DNA from: Phoronis australis
Lineage: Eukaryota; Animalia; Phoronida
Direction of reading: 5' to 3'
Length of the DNA: 64,000 nt
NCBI GenBank assembly: GCA_002633005.1
Contig: NMRA01000132.1
Span: 620,001-684,000 of the forward strand
The notes below the pieces were generated by a model, which saw only the letters and a list, made by a program, of their open reading frames with translations, searched no databases and had not been told where the DNA came from. Shown piece after piece: positions 38,343 to 50,747 of this stretch (positions within the stretch are counted from its first letter, which is position 1; the number at the start of each line of letters is the position of its first letter). Position numbers and translations under genes: made by a program.

Positions 38343-38850
38343 GGAAAATTTACCCATCCTTTCCATGGATAATCGCTTATTCACAAAAAACCCGTGCCTT
38401 TGGTAACCAATGGTCTCTGCAGACAAGACAATATATGCTTGACGTACAAATTAACCTTGCATGACAATAGTTAGCATTATCTTTTTTCAGATCACCGGGA
38501 AGATTTGCCCAACCCTTCAATGGATATAATCGCCCATTCATGAAGAACCCGTCCCCTTGGCAACCAATGGTCGTTGCAGACTACGTGTACTACGTCAATG
38601 GTTTTACCATTCAGTGGATAAATGTGTAGTAAAGTAGTTCGCTATAATTTGTGCTCATTTAGTTCCATATGCCACAACTTTGTTAAAAAAAACACACTTG
38701 CCCCTCTCAAATTGCTTTTAGGTGTGTATAGTTTGTTTTTTTGTTTCTACTTACCATGTATTATTTTTAAAATAGTGACTAATGAGCGTATGAATATATT
38801 TCCGAGGAATATTTGCACTACTTGGCTTGGCGGTTGCTGCCATCTTGTTC
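38343..38850 (+). promoter_or_regulatory. Putative 14-3-3 proximal promoter with a duplicated X-box/CCAAT module
   Basis: Two ~83-bp copies (38343-38424, 38498-38581), each with an RFX-like GTNCCYTTGGYAAC overlapping CCAAT; CRE-like TGACGTA cores; YY1-like GCCATCTT at ~38839. Confidence 0.5.
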
Positions 38851-38907
38851 TGTCAACTGGGGGAAATAAAATCCATTTGAATCTGCCCTTTTCAAAGGCC
38901 ATCCACC

Positions 38908-41900
38908 ATGTCGGATAAAGAAGACAATGTCTATATGGCAAAGCTTGCTGAACAGGCTGAGCGTTATGATGGTATGGTTTGTATAATATTGTTCTGTGAG
39001 CGGTTTACTATTCTATTACGGAAGGTCATTATCAAGGGAATATGTCCGATCTAGTTTCTGACGTCTAGAACGCTCACATTTGTTTCAGTTCTTCGGACCC
39101 AACCTTCAGTTTTTAACTCACGGGTTCAGTTGTTTACATTAAGTTTCCTGTGCATGTTTTCATTGCCTGTGTATCGTATGAACTTTGCATGCGCTGAAAC
39201 AAATCTTGCAACTTGTAATTTTGACAACTTGCCAAAACGCCATTGCAGAAACAGAAGTTTATTCAGTGGAACTGTTTCATCCATATATTGTTATAATATA
39301 CGCGTTTGCCTATTTGGGGGGCATTTTTTGAGTTTAGTAAATTACGAAAAGTGCTCAATAGCTCGAATTTAGCATTAAAGTGAGGTTTAAAGTGCCCCTG
39401 ATTTTTTCAATTTTGGTTGTAGACTTGGAATCAGGAATCTGATCAACTTGTAACTATTTCTTTTATGCTTATTCATCTTGGTTTTGCTTCAAGTTTCAAA
39501 AAAATAGAAGCAAAATGTTACTTTGAAAGCAAATGTTTAGTTTTAACTCTGTTGTGCTTGTAAATGTTTGGAAAATGCAGTAGCAGTATTTTTGTTGACA
39601 AATTTTTGTTTGGAGTCAGTTGATTGAAATAGAAACCGAAACAAGACGTAAGATTTGGCAAAATCTTGCAACTGCTGCAGGAACGTTGTTGACTCTTGTG
39701 TTTCACTGTAATTAAAATAGCTAAGTTAAGTTGTGGGTGCAAATATTTGGTGAAAGACACTGGAACCAAAAGGATAAGTAAGTTGATTTAGTAAGAGCCG
39801 CATACAAGGGTCTCGCTGAATAATGCCTGTTATTCATAGGTAGTAACTGCTTCTCAAATCAATTTTAAATCGGGGACAAACCTATCGGATTATTACCGCT
39901 GTTTTCTAAATGGCTTTGTCTGATGTATTGTTCATGCTGTAGTTTATCCAGTGCTTGTAGTACTTAGTAATGCAGTTGAAAATTATTGAATGCAAGTCGT
40001 GTAGCACAAACATCATCTTAATACTGGGTGAGCGTCCTCTTGCTCAACTCTAAACAGATCTGCTTTCCATTGGTGCAAGAAACAAATGAAAATGCTAGAT
40101 CACAGAAGTGTTTCTGAGATATCAGCGTTTAATGCAAACAAAGCACGTAGTTTTTAACTTACTTTATGTTTCACAGCTATTTTTCATTTTATTTTCTTTA
40201 ATAAATTTTTGGTGTGAATTACCACATTGTGGATTACACCTGGACATACAGTAACGTGGCCTTGTAGACTACCCAAGACACAACACTAGACCACCAATGG
40301 CACTGAAAAACCTTTCAAATTCATTCAAATTGCATGGAAGTTGTGTCGCTAGTAGCTTATGGAAGCGCCCAATGTTGTTGCCAGTCATTAAGAGTACAAT
40401 GCGAAACACTTGACTACTGCACCTACCGTGTCTGTTTGAAGCTATCAGAGACCCGTTATTCTATAAATGGGCTCAGTCAAGTTTTGGTATCATAAGTATG
40501 CCGTAGCAAGATCCATAATGCGGTGGTAATAGTTGCAGTGAAATATGATTAAAGCACACTGTAGAGAATCTTGTTGATGTAGTACCTTTGCTAAGGACTT
40601 TTACCATGTTGGCTTTGCACTTGTGGAGACTTTGCAATGGTAACTATGGTAGGCACAGTATATCTGCGTTTTGCGGGAACTATTCATTACACTTTGCTGA
40701 GCCATCAAGTTTAATCGCTGTGAATACCTTTGGTTTGTAGTATCCCTTCATTGTCTTCACATCTTTCAAACTCAAACAAATACTCTAAGGAATCATGATT
40801 TCTGCCCCCCACGACATAGAAAATGAAGTTCTATTTTGTTCAATATGCTCTTGTCAATTGGAAAAGTAAGAAGGCAGCCGTCTGCCACCAAGGCAGAGGG
40901 AGTCCGCTCAGGTAGGCATGTCTAGAGTGCATTCAACTTGTATATGGTGTTCTTCTCTTGTAAAGAATGTGCTCTGCTGGTGGCTATTTCTGCAGATCTT
41001 TACCATTAACTGTGCTCGGGTGAACTGTTATACTGGAGTTAACCTAGTTGAATGTGAATGTTGACCTCAGTTGTAGAAAGGTGACTCGCTGTTCACATGA
41101 GGCTGAGAGCACTGCAAATGACATTGTAGTTGGTGGCTATTAGTGAGTGAAACTTTGAAAATAAGTTTTAGTACCAAGAATATGTAAGATTTAGAACAAA
41201 TAAGAAGTATTATGACCTTTCAACTGCAGAGCCCCTCAGCTTTACATCAAAATAAAAGTTGTGCATCCTTGGTGCTAAGTCACAGTGTGCCCATAATTGG
41301 CTTGACTCTTCAGTGTTCAAAGTGAGCTAAGTGTGTCTCGTTCCTTAGCTGTGCTAGAGCAGGACTGTCTTGGCTTTTTATGTAGATAAATTGTGTTTTA
41401 TATTCAAAACACGAGGGCATCAAAACTGACAAGTAACTGTGACTATTTTTCACCCTTCCTAAGGATTAGCTAGTGCCTTTTAGAATTTGTCAAACTCCAT
41501 TCCACTGGTAGTTATTCACAGTTTTGTTTTGTAGACATTTTAAAAAGTTGACAACATACGATACTGCTACGAGATGTAAGAACCTGAATCGCCTTGTTAA
41601 TGGTCTATGGTTTGCCTTATCCATGTGAGGACTTAGTATTATGCTTGAGTGATCAATATTAATATTATCTGTCTGGTGCCAATGAACAGTTGCCAATCAG
41701 CTAGCAGTAGTGTTATCAAGACATCCATTTGCTCATTTGTTTCATTAATTGGTTTGCTTGCAAGTTTCTTTACTCAGGCCAGAAAAGAGTACCGTACTTG
41801 TTCGGTAAACACCCGTGCAGTTTGCTCCCCCAAAATTTTAAAAGCTTATGCTCAAGTTAATACTGTGTCCCTTGATTACTTTTGGGTAATGCAGTCAGTA

Positions 41901-44900
41901 TCAGTGACGGCTTACCATATTTGAGCAGGGAAATTGCCTTCTTTAGTTTTAACTGGCAAAATATTAAAATCTGAGGTCAATTCGAAGTTGAGTTCGCCAA
42001 AATGTTCAGTACCTCAAATGTCTGATTGGTGACTCATTTCAAAGCAGTGGCGGGATTTTCCAATCAACGTAAAAAATCCCCTCAGAAGACACAGACACCT
42101 TTCCGCCAAGTAAGCAAGGATCCTGGTCATGCTCACCTTAATTCCCACCCTCTATATCTCCAAATGCAAGCACCCTAGATATTAACCTAGATGGGATTAC
42201 TAATTGCTTCTTATAGGACATTCTTGCCCTCTGCTGGTCAGACACCCTATTATCAGTTTGAACTGACTGACTGACCAGCCCTCATTGATAACTAATGAGT
42301 CAACTTCCTCGTGCTCTCTGGTATTCCCATTATCTGGCTAAAGGTTGCACATGAATAAGTCTCATACATTGGGATTATCAGGGAATGGTACTCTGGGAAA
42401 GACTGATTTTGAAATTGCTTAGTATAAGTTCTGGATGTGTGAAGGACCCATGCGTAATGATGAAAACATACGCGTTAAGTTAGTCATCCATATAGCTCCG
42501 TGATCGTCAGTGTCCACAAAAAAAATTACCAACGCGCACAGTAAAATGTAGGCCTCATGCATTCATCTGTTATAGGCCTCTGGTGTCTATTGTCCAGCAA
42601 TTCAATGTTGGGTGTTTTTGGCCTTAAGGAATGTATTACGGTATTTGGGTTTAATACCGAAAATACACAAGAAATCTATTCACACTGTGTTATTTTGGTG
42701 ATGACCATACTTGCTGTCAGCAGGAAATGGCCATACCTAGACAGTGCATGCCATTGACCTTACCATCTTTCAAGAAACCTTTGTCCATACATTGACTTTC
42801 ATGAATGGCCATTTCACAGACTGTGATCAGGGGACAATCAAGGAGCTCTGGAATACTAGTTTAATGACCTTGTCATTGTGAATTAAGATCTAGATCTCCT
42901 TGTGCCCTGATACCATGAAGACATCAAGTGTTATGCTGTCTGTAGTTGTTCACCACTTACGCTGTCTTGGCCATGAAGGTTATTGATGTAGTTACTGGAA
43001 TCAATATTAGTATGACTGTGACCTACAGAGCTTGTATCCTTAAGGGCTATTAGTTTTGTGCATTGTACATATTGTCTAATGTCAGCAGTCCCATCAGCTT
43101 GTGTCAGATTTTGATGACAATATTACTAACACACGCACAATTTACAATTTTTGTTAAAATATGTTATTTAAACGTTACCATCGGGATTGTCCATTGTTAA
43201 GATATCTTCAAAAGCGTTACAAAGATGTTTAAATTTTAAGTGACAGATTTGTCGGTGCATATCGTCTTATTCGTCTGGGTTACCAGGGTGTTCAGCTAAA
43301 AAGAGCTCACTCTGTAGTCTGTGCGCTTTTGAAAAGATGAACCAATGACTAAAGACAATCCCACATATATGGTACACACTGTTAACTGGTGTGGTTGAGA
43401 TTTCATTTCTGGAATTTTCTATCTGCTTCTTAAATTAATTGTGTCTAGGCACAATTGCCTCTGAATTACTCGTTCTTTTATGTTGTTCACTTATTATTTG
43501 TTAGTAGAGTTAAATAGATCTGAACAGGGAACTGCTTGAGTCGCGCATTTCCAAGATGAGCACTATTTCCGGAAATAATTTCCTTATTTGGCTGCTGTGA
43601 TGCTTCTAAATTACATCCCCATGGCAAAGAGTGGACACACCTCGTTGCAGTCACGATGTCATTTCCGTTCCAAGTTTTCCTATTTGATGCTATTAGATAA
43701 ATAGGTGGGTATCTTGTGTACAAACCAAGTAGTATGTTTCCTGCTCAGATTTATTTCATTGGCATTCTCCTGGTCATTTGACACGAGACTTTGATGGTAT
43801 TCACATTTCCTGGACTTGATTCTTTTCCAGCTGGTAATATATTATGAAGTACTTGAGGTGGTTATTAGGTTGTGCAGTGTCATTGTCATGAGGGTGGAAC
43901 ACTATGAAACTTTCTACTGGACGAAAAGCTAAGAAAGTGCCATGGGGGTTATTGTGTAATTTGGATGCAATGTCACAAACTCGTGTCAAGTGATCTGAGA
44001 TTGCAGTTATTTTCTAGAGGTTTGCTATGGGCTTGGATTTCTTGAAAATCAATATTGACCAGACATTACGACCATAATTACGGCCACTTGAAAATTTGTG
44101 TTAAAGTCTGCATTCTGAATTTCTGTTCTTCAGAAAGTCCATTCTAGTCCTTAGGCATAGCACTGTCTCCTTCATATTGTATAACATTTTAAATTAGCAG
44201 ACATGATTTTCATGAGTATTTTCATTTTAGAAACACAGTTTTAGATTGACTATCAATTCTGTTTGCTATTTTGTCAGGCTGAAATACTCAATTCATGTTG
44301 GAAAATAGTGACCAATGACTCCTTTTGTTGCACTGCTGTACAATGTAGCAGTGTATCCAGATTTCGATTCAGATTTTGAAGGGCCAAAACCATAAATGGT
44401 CTGTATTTTGCACGACATTACGTCTTCCGATTCTGACGAAACATTCATTGGTGCTAAAAGCTGCCAAGGTGTCAAAGATAGTTTTTAAGACCTTGAATGG
44501 CATGAAAACTAATTTGTATTCTCTATGTAGGGTTGGCATTGTGTATTGCATGAGTTAGTGAAGTTTGCCATATTGCTTTACCTGGCTTATCTGCTGATTT
44601 AATTTCTGGTTTGAAGTCGCTTAACTCTTGCTTTCTTTGGTTCTTAAAGTGCTCAAAACCACAATTTACCTTGTTTTGATAAGAAAGTACATTGTTCCCA
44701 TCTCATGACTTTTAATGTCACTGCATATCAACACTAAATCCCTTTTCCCCTAAACAAGAAAACTGGTGATTCCATGTTTTCGTTTTAAGTTCATGTGTAC
44801 TACTGAATCTGTAGTGGGTGTCCACCTCCAAAACGTGAGTCACCAGGCTTATCAATCCCCAACGAGAACACAATGAGTTTTATGAACAAGCTGGTCTCGT

Positions 44901-47900
44901 TTGAGCCTGTGTTGGATGTCTAGTGGAAAGTGAACAATGCAGCATGGTCATATATCCCTTGTTCTTAACGTTCACCATTCCATAATTACTGTCAAATTAG
45001 GGAAAATGGGGTCACTCTTACCACAGAATAGAACACCAACTCCCCCTGTAGTCAGCTACTCAAAAATGGCCATGAAGGTGCACAGCCTCATTTGGACAGT
45101 TTGCTAGGTTTGTTTTTTATGGGAAAACTGTTTATGGGCACTCTGAGTATATCGCACTACTCTTTTCAATGTGGCACAAATTAATTGCCGAGATATTTTT
45201 GAATGACTGATTACATTGCCAAGTGTTAAGTTATAATTGTTGTGTTCTCATAGCGGCACAACGCAAAAGTTATGAAATGAAGTAAACTTTTCTTGTTGAC
45301 AAATCTAACACTTGTTTGTTGGGTTGTGTGAAGAGCATTTTATGCATCAGCTAGTGTTCCATCGAAAGCTAGAAATTTTTACATTTTTTTATTAAACAGA
45401 ATTTCAATTATTGTTCATTTTAGCATGGTCCATAGCTCATGGCTGTTTTTTAACCTGCCATTGTAAAGTTTAGCATTTTAATGATGCAGTGAACCTTAGA
45501 AAAATGGAAAACCTCAATCTTGACTGTAATTTTTGTGTGAAATTAAAGAGGGATTATTTTAGCATGAAACCGAGACATTGTACTAACGGCTTCAAACACA
45601 TTGAGTGGTACTATATCAACAACAATTTCTAAAGTTTGTGTTTTTGATTGTATTGTGTTACCAGGTAGAGACTTCATTGGCACTTGTTCTTTCCAGAAAT
45701 GATGAAACTTATGAAAGATGTGGCCAAACTAAGAAAAGGGTTGACTACAGAAGAGCGCAATTTGTTGTCGGTGGCATACAAAAACGTGATTGGTGCCCGG
45801 CGAGCCTCGTGGAGAATCCTCAGCAGTCTGGAAGCAAAAGACGACTCGAAAGACGACGACAAACAAAAGGATAGTCAGAAAAAGGAAATGATCCGCAGCT
45901 ACCGGCAAACAGTGAGTTCATGCGAGTGCAAATATTCTGTTGGAGATGTTTTGAACTCTTGATTGTGCTTCCTTGCAATTGAAGTGGTTGGTTAAGTCAT
46001 CAAAAAGCTTGTATTACCCGGTGTAAACTGTCTTGGAAGTTTTCTGACACTGATTAAGTAGAGTGGTAGTGTGGAAAAACAATTTTGCGTTCCAGTCGGC
46101 TGTAACTTGAACTAGGTGCAATATCAGGTCAGCTGTTGTGTTGTGGAGTTAAGCCATCATTGTGCGTAGAAGTGACTTCTTGATTGATCTTTGACTTGGT
46201 CTAGTCATGGTGCATAGAGGTTCAGTAAAGAGTGTCCTAATTTATTTATTCGCCCATACCACCAGTTACGAGGTCACTCAAAGCATGGTGTTGACATAAA
46301 AGTTACGGTTTGCAATTTTAGTTTATAATTTGTTTTGCAGGTGGAAGGGGAACTGAAGAATATCTCTAATGAGATTCTGACGGTTTTAGATGAAGACCTC
46401 ATTCCATACGATGAACTTGCAGAACCCAAGGTCTTTTATTACAAGATGTGAGTAAAGAAATTTTGACGTTACGTGTAAACTATTATGTAGCAATGAAGAC
46501 CAATTGTAGTATGAGTCCTGGAACGTGCCTCTAAAATTCACAGTGCTAAGAAGCACTTTGCAGGTGTTGAAATTATGGGAAAACTGATGACCTCAAATGT
46601 TCTTGTAAATCAATCTTTTGCCACAATTCTGATGCTTTTATAAGACTCGGCATGTATTCAGTGATTGGCAAAAGACCCAGACACATTGGCGGGGGTCAAA
46701 CTTGATGGCAGTTTTAAGTGTCCTTAGTTCCACATTGACTGACAGTGAAGCATCTACGTGGTAGTCCTTACCAGTATATGTGGGAGTTAAACAATTGGCA
46801 TCGTCTATGTCTGAGGTGTTGTGGTTTAGATCCAGGGTGCCCATCAGAAACCATAGACACATTCAGATGCCATGTGCAAATCAGTTGCATTCAATTCCCT
46901 TGTAGATGTCTCCAGTTGGCTTAGCAATTTCAAAAGCTCCTGAGCATTGTAAGATGGTTTACTCACAAAAGTGATCATGATTACCATCCTACCGTGGAAA
47001 TTTGCTGTTGGTGTAGCTCGTAATCTTGTGTCTGGGTTACGACTAGCCATTTGTTGCCTCCGCACAGGCTATTAGGTACAAATTTACTGAACTTTACCCT
47101 TATGATAAGCAAGTCAACCATTGAGTGAATTTTGGGATATTAGTGTGTTTTCAACTGATCAATCACCTACCAGTGATGAGAGGTTATGTGTTGAGCTCGT
47201 AACTTTCCTTAAATCTGTTTGGGGTAGCACGTATCATTTTCGGCTGTTGTTAACAGGTAAGTGGGTGTGTGTGGTGTCAATCATTCGCTGGCTGTTACTT
47301 ATCTGTCTTTGTTTTAAGGAAAGGGGATTACTATCGTTACCTTGCTGAGTTCGCAAAGGATTCGGAGAAGAAGTCTGCTGCCGAGGCAAGCCTTAGCTCA
47401 TACGAGCAGGCGACTGATCTAGCGCAACAGAAGGACGAAAAAGGGGCGCCCCAGTTGAAGTCTACCAACCCAATCAGACTTGGATTGGCACTCAACTTCT
47501 CGGTGTTCTACTACGAAATTCTCAATGACCCCACCAAGGCGTGCCAGCTGGCAAAGAAGGCATTCGATGCTGCCATTGGAGAATTGGACACACTGCAGGA
47601 TGAGAGCTACAAAGATTCAACATTGATAATGCAACTACTAAGGGATAACTTAACACTTTGGACAAGTGATCAGAACGGTTTGTAGCTTTGTTTTGATACA
47701 GTGCTTTGCTAGCATACTAAGTATGCAATGACAGTGTTCTCCATGGCCTGTTTCAACTCCCTGCAGTAACAAGTTTGAATTTAGCTGTGACGTGGCTTGC
47801 TCAACAATTAGCACTATATTCAGTAATGCTATTGACAGTACACTGGTGTCAAATACTGCATATAATGCGAGCCATTTGGGGATGTTGTTCGCCAGCATCT

Positions 47901-49583
47901 CATTCATCGAACAGGAGCGAAGGAGTTGATTTTTTTGGTAAATTATTAAGTAAAGGTATAGTTTTTCAAACCAGGCTATGGAAAAAACTGAATGATGGCA
48001 ATGCGTCGCTAATTTTTCAAACAGGTTGCAGGCAATTGGTCATGGACAACACTGGTACTGTTAACCCTATTTTTGATTTTCCTTGAAACATCAGAAATAC
48101 TGGCCCACTGAAATGAAGACTTGGGACAATGCTTTAGAATGTTACTTTGATCATGGCTAGTATCTCTGTAAGTTGTGGGGAAGCAAAACTCAGGATATGG
48201 CTACCTACATATTGACAATTAGAATATAATGTAGTTTAAACATGAAGTCGCCTGTAGTTTAGGTGTTTAGAAATTTGTATTCTAAGTAAGTAATGGCTAT
48301 TATCACAAAAATGGCTGCCATTGATTATGACCAATTGTTTATTTGTTTAAGGCATGAAATGAGATTTTCAGTTGAGAAATCAGAAAATTCTTTTTGGGCT
48401 GAACTGTGCAGTTAAAGTTGTGTCATGAAACGTGAGGAGACTTATCAAAGTTAACCTTTTTGAGTCTATCGAGTAGTTAGCCGTAAATTTATTATTTGAG
48501 TATCGCAAGATGAAGAAGCCCTCTATACCTTCCTATAGTTGTGCATGGGTTTGTTGGTGAAATGTTTCAATGGCTTTGTTCAAGACAATGAATGGATTTA
48601 GCAGATAAATGTTTGCGATGTTCGTGAAGCGCAAGTAAATGGACATTAGTTGCTTTTTATTATAGTCCGTAGCCAAAAATGTTATACTTCTTGTGTGTAT
48701 GTTTGTATTGTTTATACATATTGCAGTCATCTCCATCTGGCATCTGGCAAGTGTGTTCTTTATGACTACAATGAGGCCACTGTTGTGTTACTTAGTAACA
48801 AGTTTATTTTTTCCTGTTTGCTTCCGTATCACCCAAGTACCTGGATCATTACGTAATTTAGCAGTTATGCTTTTTTCAAGAAGGGGATGTTACCTAATAA
48901 TTTCCGGATGGCTGTATCCTGTGTGCCTCGTTGCAGTTAAAATATTGCGGTTCCTTTTTGGTAGCTGCCTCTGTATCTGCCAAATTGTTTGAAAAGTGAA
49001 ATTTGGTGAATATCTTCCTATTGACTAGACCATGGATAATGTTGGTTTTTGGACACATCTGAATGCCTCTACACCCCTTGTGGCAGTTTTTCGTTGCACC
49101 AGTCTCAATGTATTGGCCAAATTAGGTGAATTGTGGTCTGTAAAGTTGCGCGATAGGTTTCTTGTGATGAGAGCATGGGTGGTAGTGTTTTTCAAAGGCA
49201 CGAATTCGACCAATGCTATGCCCACTAGTGGCAGTTTTGTTCTGGGCCTCCATTGACATCTACCAAATTCGTTAAAGGGTTATCATGAAATTTGGTAGGT
49301 AAGCTCTTAATTCGCTTTCAGACCAATCAGGCTTTTACTGTGCCCTCTTGCGGCAATTTTACCGTTTTACATCTGCCTTTGAAATAACCATAGATACCCC
49401 TTGGAAGAACTTCATAAACTTAAAAATCAATGCTGTGTATTATTCATGTCATTTGCATCTTAGAAATGAACTACCAATGTCAAGTAATGGCTAGTGAGCA
49501 GTTATGAACAATATCGATTCTCTTTTTTAGATCAAGACCAAGATGTCACCGTTCAAGATCTTGAACAAGAAGCGCAGGGTTGA
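38908..49583 (+). CDS. YWHAE: 14-3-3 protein (epsilon-like), 265 aa, exons 38908-38971, 45697-45911, 46341-46447, 47319-47677, 49531-49583
   Basis: [21 protein letters not shown]|EMM...[22 protein letters not shown]...KM|[10 protein letters not shown]...[19 protein letters not shown]...[22 protein letters not shown]. The 64-nt first coding exon, 107-nt third exon and [10 protein letters not shown] are epsilon-type. Exact orthology is inferred, not tested. Confidence 0.9.
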
Positions 49584-49617
49584 AATTCAAACAACATTAG
49601 GAACCCATGGACTTCAT

Positions 49618-49639
49618 AATTATTATTATTATTATTATT
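49618..49639. repeat. (TAT)n microsatellite in the 14-3-3 3' UTR
   Basis: aattattattattattattatt. Confidence 0.9.
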
Positions 49640-50741
49640 TTCCTTCATTATACCACGATGCAGAAGTTTGTAACCGGATATGTTTTGTGCAAAAGCAAGA
49701 TTTTCGTGGTGGATTGCGCTTCGTTTTGCATCAAATGAAATTCAAGAAACAACCCTGAGTGCAAGTGATGGTGGATAGTGGTGGTTTTAGTTGTTACAGT
49801 CCCTCGCATGGAACCTAGTGTAGAGGCCACAAATGTCTTTAAAATTGAATTGTATACCAGTGTTTTGTACCAAATATATTTGAATGGTTAGTATTATGTT
49901 TGATGGATTTAATATTATTTTTATTTCAGCTATTAATTTTTCAAGGCTTGTATATTGAAGGTGTATTAAATCTTGATGTGAGTGGTTGTGTAACCATGTT
50001 TCTGTTCTTAGTTGTATATCTCGTCCCTTGTTGCCAGAATAGTTTCGATTTCTGTAGGTAGCCGTTACGCGCTGTTGGAGTATTTGTTTCTGAGGGAGTA
50101 AACGTTTCGCCAGATTTTCATTTAAATTATCTTCGTTAATTGTTACCAAAACCACCGTCGTGTTATAGCTGCATTGTGCTATTTTAATGAACGTAGCGAA
50201 TACCTAAGGAAATGACTTGAACAGTGAATAGTAGTGTAACATCATCCATCAAGAACTTTTGTCTTGAGTGTTTTCACATATTTTCACAAATACCCGTTAT
50301 GGCAATTGCGTCAGTTCAGTTGTTTATGGGTTCCTGTTAAATGTCCGTGTTAGTTCAGTAGGTTAAGAGAAGTATTATCAGCATGCTTGCAGTGTGCTGT
50401 ACCCAAAGGCATAGCTAGCCGTTTTCAGTTGGTGTCTGCTGGCCTTTCGTTGAGTGCCCAAAGTAACTTGTCGATGTACTCTCATGGTGGATATGCTACA
50501 TATTGAACAGGAGATACGACTTATCAGACCTAGAGCATTAGCAAGAAGTTGACGCACTCTAACGCAAATTTTGCAATACGATTGTGAATGCGGTAGCTAC
50601 GCCCTTTGTTGTACTTGTCCAATCATCACTCGTAGTTTTGCCAAGGATCTTTGCCAGCTCTCCCGTTATGTATTGGTAGTCAAAACTACTTGCATAGTGA
50701 TTATTTACTGGACTTGCTACTTATGTCAGTAACAGCTTATG

Positions 50742-50747
50742 AATAAA
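50742..50747 (+). terminator. Candidate polyadenylation signal of 14-3-3 copy 1
   Basis: AATAAA followed by ctgtgtttcttgt. Confidence 0.45.
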
